35,008 nt of DNA. It comes from Amoeboaphelidium occidentale (taxonomy: Eukaryota). The stretch spans positions 1 to 35,008 of the forward strand of contig JALGPX010000116.1 in NCBI GenBank assembly GCA_023515795.1. The letters run 5' to 3'. Position 1 is the first letter of the stretch. The number at the start of each line of letters is the position of its first letter. Positions 31,357 to 35,008 of this stretch are shown here, piece by piece. A model generated the notes under the pieces. That model was given only the letters and a program-made list of their open reading frames with translations, did not search any database and was not told where the DNA came from. A program made the translations under genes and the position numbers.

Positions 31357-33873
31357 CTATTTCGGCCATGGAATTGACCTATTGATCATTTCAAATAGTG
31401 TCACAGCCAATGCGAAAATATCAACCTTCTTAACTGGACCTGTGAGAAGTCTCTTTTGGCGGAAACTAGTGAAGAGTTCAGGAGATGCGTATCTAACCGA
31501 TAAAGCACGAAGATGTATTGGTTGAAAGGCTTTCACTGAAAGGCTTTGTCCGTCAACAGAACAAGTCCCGAAATCTGTTAGTACTGAAGCAAGTTTACCG
31601 TTTCGCTCCTCCAGAAGTATGTTAGCAGGCTTGATATCCTTGTGAGTAATTCCAACACAATGCAGCTTAGCAACTGCAACAGATGCGCCAAAAAACAAAT
31701 CAAACATAATTGACTTTGTGATATAACCGTTTCCATGAATGAGATCATGTAATGAACCTTGTGGGTAGAACTTCATAATTATCATTTGAGGATCATCTGA
31801 ATATCCGACCATGTAGGCAAAGTCTGAAGAATTCCTGAAGAAGTTCATAATCGCAACTTCTTGATAAAAGGCCAAGAGTGAACCTTCTTTAGATAAGCCA
31901 GAAATCTCTGAAAACTTCTTAACTATAATTCTTTTTGATGTTGAGGTATTGTTGTTTACAATTCTTCCCATGTGAACAGATCCACCACCTCCTTTCGCAA
32001 TTCTTTTCTCAACGACGAAATCAAAGCCTTCTTCAAGTTTCAGATAAGCCGGCACACAGATATTGTTTTGAGCATCAGGTGAAACATAAGTCATGACTGA
32101 GTTCAAAGTTGATAATCTTTTCAAATCTCTATCGATCTTTAGGGGTAAAGTAAATGATCTAGCCATATCGTTTTGATCAATAGATAAATTATTCTCTGAG
32201 CCAAATGATAATGATTCTCGAGACAAGCCTAATGTCTTTCGCAAAGACTTTGACCAGTACCCTCTCAAGAACCAACAACCAAACAGACCGATGATAACGA
32301 AAAATGCAATAATACCCAAAATAATTAGAGGCAGAGCGGCAGGAAATGGATTTCCCTCTTGGGTGATTTTAGCAGGAGGTATGGTCATGCCACTTATAGT
32401 ACTTGTCGCCAAATTAGTAACTCCGTGTTTGGTTTCTTCAGAATCAGTTGTGTACAACAGCTGCGAGGAATTGGAGGTAGAAGTACTGATCTCAGACTGG
32501 AACGATTTGGTTTCATGTGGAATAAGTGTTGTAAAGTCAGATGGATAAGTTGATGTCTCCTCAAAGTATGTTTCTGTTGTAGTGAAAGAGTAAGTCGACG
32601 ATTCTACAGAGATAAAAATAGAACTTTCCATAAGATTATAGGTAGATGAAGAGTGATGAAACGTCGTTTCCGTCGTAGTAAACAGAGCATCTGTTGTAGT
32701 TGATGAGACATATGCGGTAGTCGTCGATTTTTCCGTCGTTGTGGATGTTGAAGAAAATGCAATAGAACTTGTGGTTGGAGAAACTGTACTAGCCTCAACT
32801 TGTATCTGAACTGGATGGACTTCCAGTAGAGTATTGAACTTCGTGTAAGCTTCTAGGTATAGCACGAACACAGAGTTCGTTCTGTTGCTGAACTGAACTT
32901 TTTCGACATATGAGTCTCTTGTATTGAGTAATACGTAAGAGCAGGTCTCAATATCAAGCTGATACATATATGTCACTGGCCAGCCAGTAGAGTTATTGAT
33001 AGTTTCAGCAGCCAGGAAGAGATGAGAAGAATTGTGACTAGTGACACCACGAAGCTTTTGTACGGCATTAATTGGAATAAAGCATTCCTTCTCATACTTG
33101 ATACTTAGGTCATGCTGGAAAGTGTAGCATCCATCTGAAGCACAACCGAACTGAATCATCTTGTTCAAATGCTGAGAGTATGTGATATTTTGCACAGTCA
33201 ACGATTGATTAACCAAAGTATAGGACTGATGAAAAGAAGGAACACATGCCTTCACAATATTCTTAACACCTAATTCCTCGTTGAGAAGATATACACAGCC
33301 TTGACTGTCAGAAGTGTATGCTCCGTGAAATTCTTTTGAGAAATAGCTTGAGGCCCAAGATCCTGCCCATTGAAGACTCAAACTATTACCAGTTCTAAGT
33401 CTGCTCATAATCAAAGAGTTGGGACAAGATGCACAATATTTGCCAAAACCATAATGATAAAGATACCCATTAACAGGTTCAAAGAACAATCCCATCGTCG
33501 TTACTTGGTATGCCAAAGAAGAAAGCTGCACAGAGTACTGGCCACCACTAAAATTGATCATCCATACTTGAGTAGAAGTTGTGTAGAATATTACTGGCTT
33601 TTCGGAATCCCTTGAATCATACGCAATATAGTGCAAGTAATTAAAGAAACGATTAGTCCACAAAACAGAGCTGCCATCGTTTTGATATCTTGAAAGATCC
33701 CAAGCCTGAGAAGTTTCGATAGTACAGGTAGAGTAGCAGTAACCACTTAACGTAAAAATCTCATTTGAGTTCGATGCGACTTCGAAATTCTTGAGTAGAA
33801 ACAAACTCAATGCCGTGCCACATGAAACACCACCACAAAGAGCAACCAAAAGTATAACTAAGAGTCTAAACAT
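31357..33873 (-). CDS. Single-pass receptor-like protein kinase (signal peptide, Cys/aromatic-rich ectodomain, Ser/Thr stalk, TM, TKL-like kinase)
   Basis: Signal MFRLLVILLVALCGGVSC, TM LPLIILGIIAFFVIIGLFGCWFL, kinase motifs IAKGGGGSV, IIVKK, FYQEV, HKDIKPANILL, DFG, YASPE and DIFALAV. Confidence 0.9.
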   Translation of the reverse strand: MFRLLVILLVALCGGVSCGTALSLFLLKNFEVASNSNEIFTLSGYCYSTCTIETSQAWDLSRYQNDGSSVLWTNRFFNYLHYIAYDSRDSEKPVIFYTTSTQVWMINFSGGQYSVQLSSLAYQVTTMGLFFEPVNGYLYHYGFGKYCASCPNSLIMSRLRTGNSLSLQWAGSWASSYFSKEFHGAYTSDSQGCVYLLNEELGVKNIVKACVPSFHQSYTLVNQSLTVQNITYSQHLNKMIQFGCASDGCYTFQHDLSIKYEKECFIPINAVQKLRGVTSHNSSHLFLAAETINNSTGWPVTYMYQLDIETCSYVLLNTRDSYVEKVQFSNRTNSVFVLYLEAYTKFNTLLEVHPVQIQVEASTVSPTTSSIAFSSTSTTTEKSTTTAYVSSTTTDALFTTTETTFHHSSSTYNLMESSIFISVESSTYSFTTTETYFEETSTYPSDFTTLIPHETKSFQSEISTSTSNSSQLLYTTDSEETKHGVTNLATSTISGMTIPPAKITQEGNPFPAALPLIILGIIAFFVIIGLFGCWFLRGYWSKSLRKTLGLSRESLSFGSENNLSIDQNDMARSFTLPLKIDRDLKRLSTLNSVMTYVSPDAQNNICVPAYLKLEEGFDFVVEKRIAKGGGGSVHMGRIVNNNTSTSKRIIVKKFSEISGLSKEGSLLAFYQEVAIMNFFRNSSDFAYMVGYSDDPQMIIMKFYPQGSLHDLIHGNGYITKSIMFDLFFGASVAVAKLHCVGITHKDIKPANILLEERNGKLASVLTDFGTCSVDGQSLSVKAFQPIHLRALSVRYASPELFTSFRQKRLLTGPVKKVDIFALAVTLFEMINRSIPWPK

Positions 33874-34066
33874 TTTCTATGAATTCCAAAGATAAAACGG
33901 GACCTGAAACTAGGCCTTTAAAAGGCTGTCTAAAAATAGATTCATGATCCATAAATAGGAGCGTAGACCCAAAATTGGACTGTATCATCTATCCCGTAAC
34001 TAAGTCACTAAGTTAGCCTAAAAGAAGTATTTTTCTTATAGTCTATCTTGAAGAATTTAAATCCTT

Positions 34067-34200
34067 TTGAAACTTCTTTTGCGAAACTAGATGTCTCCCC
34101 GGTCCTTCGGACGGGAACCTAGCATGTTTTTTTTGCAACTTCCCGTTTGTTACTTGTTTCAACCCCGGCCGCCACAGCCGAACCCACACCTAAAGTAACT
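34067..34200 (-). ncRNA. Candidate Fanzor omegaRNA (scaffold ~34200-34087, predicted guide 34086-34067)
   Basis: GC-rich stems overlapping the Fanzor stop codon: hairpin 34180-34166, 7-bp stem 34146-34140/34117-34111 and hairpin 34115-34098. The position matches TnpB/Fanzor omegaRNAs. Boundaries are inferred. Confidence 0.5.
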
Positions 34201-35008
34201 GATTCCATCGCGTTTGGCAATTGAGATATTTGATCAGCTTGTGTTGCCTTGTCTTCCAGATCCTTCTTTTTAAACTCGGGTGGAACTTCATTCTTGACAG
34301 TGTTCCGGTAAATGAAAGCACGTCTGATATTCAAAGCAGCATTAACATCACGATCCCATAGGGTCAAGCAAAAGGAACGATTTCTTACGTCCGCTAAGTG
34401 GTTTATACACTTCTTGAGTCCCCAACATAATTTCTTCTTACGCAGTTTTTGTTTCGATTTCTTCTTCTTCTTGTGATCCTTAGTTTGATAATTTATGTAC
34501 ACTGCTTCTAATTGACTGTGGCAGTGTGCACATACTTGACTTGTTCTGCATCTTTTTCGAAGTTCCACAAAGAGATGTTTGTTTGGTGTTGGAGCATGAC
34601 CTTTCGATGAGATATTGAACTTGCCACCACCATATGCAATAATACAATTAGAATCACCACCTGTCAACTCTTTCGCAACTACATCATAAGCCTTCTGTCT
34701 GGTGATCCTTGTCTTAAAACGCAGTCTCCTCCACTTCGCAGGTCTAAAAAAGCCCAGAGCCTGATCCCGAACTGAAAAGAAATGTGCCAAGAAAGTATTG
34801 TAAGTATCCGTGTTGCAGCACTTTGGTGAGGGGCCATTAGTCAACGTCTTCATAAGATATTTGTTCAGTGACATCCAGTGGCTTCTTTTCTGTAAACCAT
34901 GCTTCGCGCCTGATATTTCGCGCCACCGACTTTTGGTACATTTCATTACTTCTCTGGAATCTTCATCACCAGCCACAGCGTCATATAGATTCCTGCGACC
35001 AGGATCGA
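34087..35008 (-). mobile_element. 3' part of a Fanzor-carrying transposon with a Helitron-like 3' terminus
   Basis: Minus strand reads CCCGTCC-GAA-GGACCGGG (hairpin), GAGACAT, CTAG, then T. Composition drops to AT-rich immediately after. The 5' end is outside the window. Confidence 0.55.
34119..35008 (-). CDS. Fanzor1-type TnpB-like RNA-guided nuclease, C-terminal RuvC/Zn-finger part (5' truncated by the window); RuvC-II Glu apparently deleted
   Basis: The frame stays open beyond the tracked ORF to the window end, giving RuvC-I DPGRRNL (35006-34986). It continues with the WRRLRF..RQKA helix, IIAYGGGKF..KGHAPTP, RTSQVCAHC, WGLKKC..C and RuvC-III WDRDVNAALNI. Confidence 0.88.
   Translation of the reverse strand, partial: DPGRRNLYDAVAGDEDSREVMKCTKSRWREISGAKHGLQKRSHWMSLNKYLMKTLTNGPSPKCCNTDTYNTFLAHFFSVRDQALGFFRPAKWRRLRFKTRITRQKAYDVVAKELTGGDSNCIIAYGGGKFNISSKGHAPTPNKHLFVELRKRCRTSQVCAHCHSQLEAVYINYQTKDHKKKKKSKQKLRKKKLCWGLKKCINHLADVRNRSFCLTLWDRDVNAALNIRRAFIYRNTVKNEVPPEFKKKDLEDKATQADQISQLPNAMESVTLGVGSAVAAGVETSNKREVAKKTC

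Noticed and set aside
298..33615. Many short antisense or alternative-frame ORFs in the ORF track
   Set aside because: They are shadows of well-supported genes, mostly with non-ATG starts and no motifs.
33910..34080. Short inverted repeats (GCCTTT/AAAGGC; AAAAGAAGT 34020-34028 / ACTTCTTTT 34072-34080) as transposon TIRs or extra RNA stems
   Set aside because: Short, AT-rich and beyond the CTAG end, so plausible by chance. Worth revisiting only if copy alignments extend past 34087.
1..35008. Stop-codon reassignment (TAA/TAG read as Gln), as known in some aphelids
   Set aside because: Conserved genes (RPL6, PSMA2, ArgJ) end at TAA at the expected positions, and all internal stops are explained by introns.

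Overview
Very gene-dense eukaryotic DNA in the standard genetic code, with tiny GT-AG introns (coding introns 32-53 bp) and intergenic gaps often under 100 bp. Gene content points to an early-diverging fungus-related lineage (aphelid, rozellid or chytrid-like; inference). About 19 host genes can be read: MYND-finger protein, C2-lipase, heparan-sulfate-type sulfotransferase, ATG9, double-BTB protein, proteasome alpha-2, Tat-SF1/CUS2, ArgJ, EAF1, FEX fluoride exporter, coronin-7, GPI-anchored Cys-rich protein, SDR, RPL6, STE20/GCK kinase, SCO1, a receptor-like kinase and two unknown genes. The main find is at the right edge. It is the 3' part of a Fanzor1-type (eukaryotic TnpB-like, RNA-guided nuclease) ORF on the minus strand, with a structured candidate omegaRNA and a Helitron-like 3' terminus (GC hairpin, then CTAG|T). 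The protein appears to have lost the short segment carrying the RuvC-II catalytic Glu, and its predicted guide comes from the upstream region of the receptor kinase. A second feature is a ~4 kb AT-rich, microsatellite-rich island whose strand skew flips at a 9-bp head-to-head gene junction (origin- or centromere-like). Three N-joined duplications are assembly artefacts.
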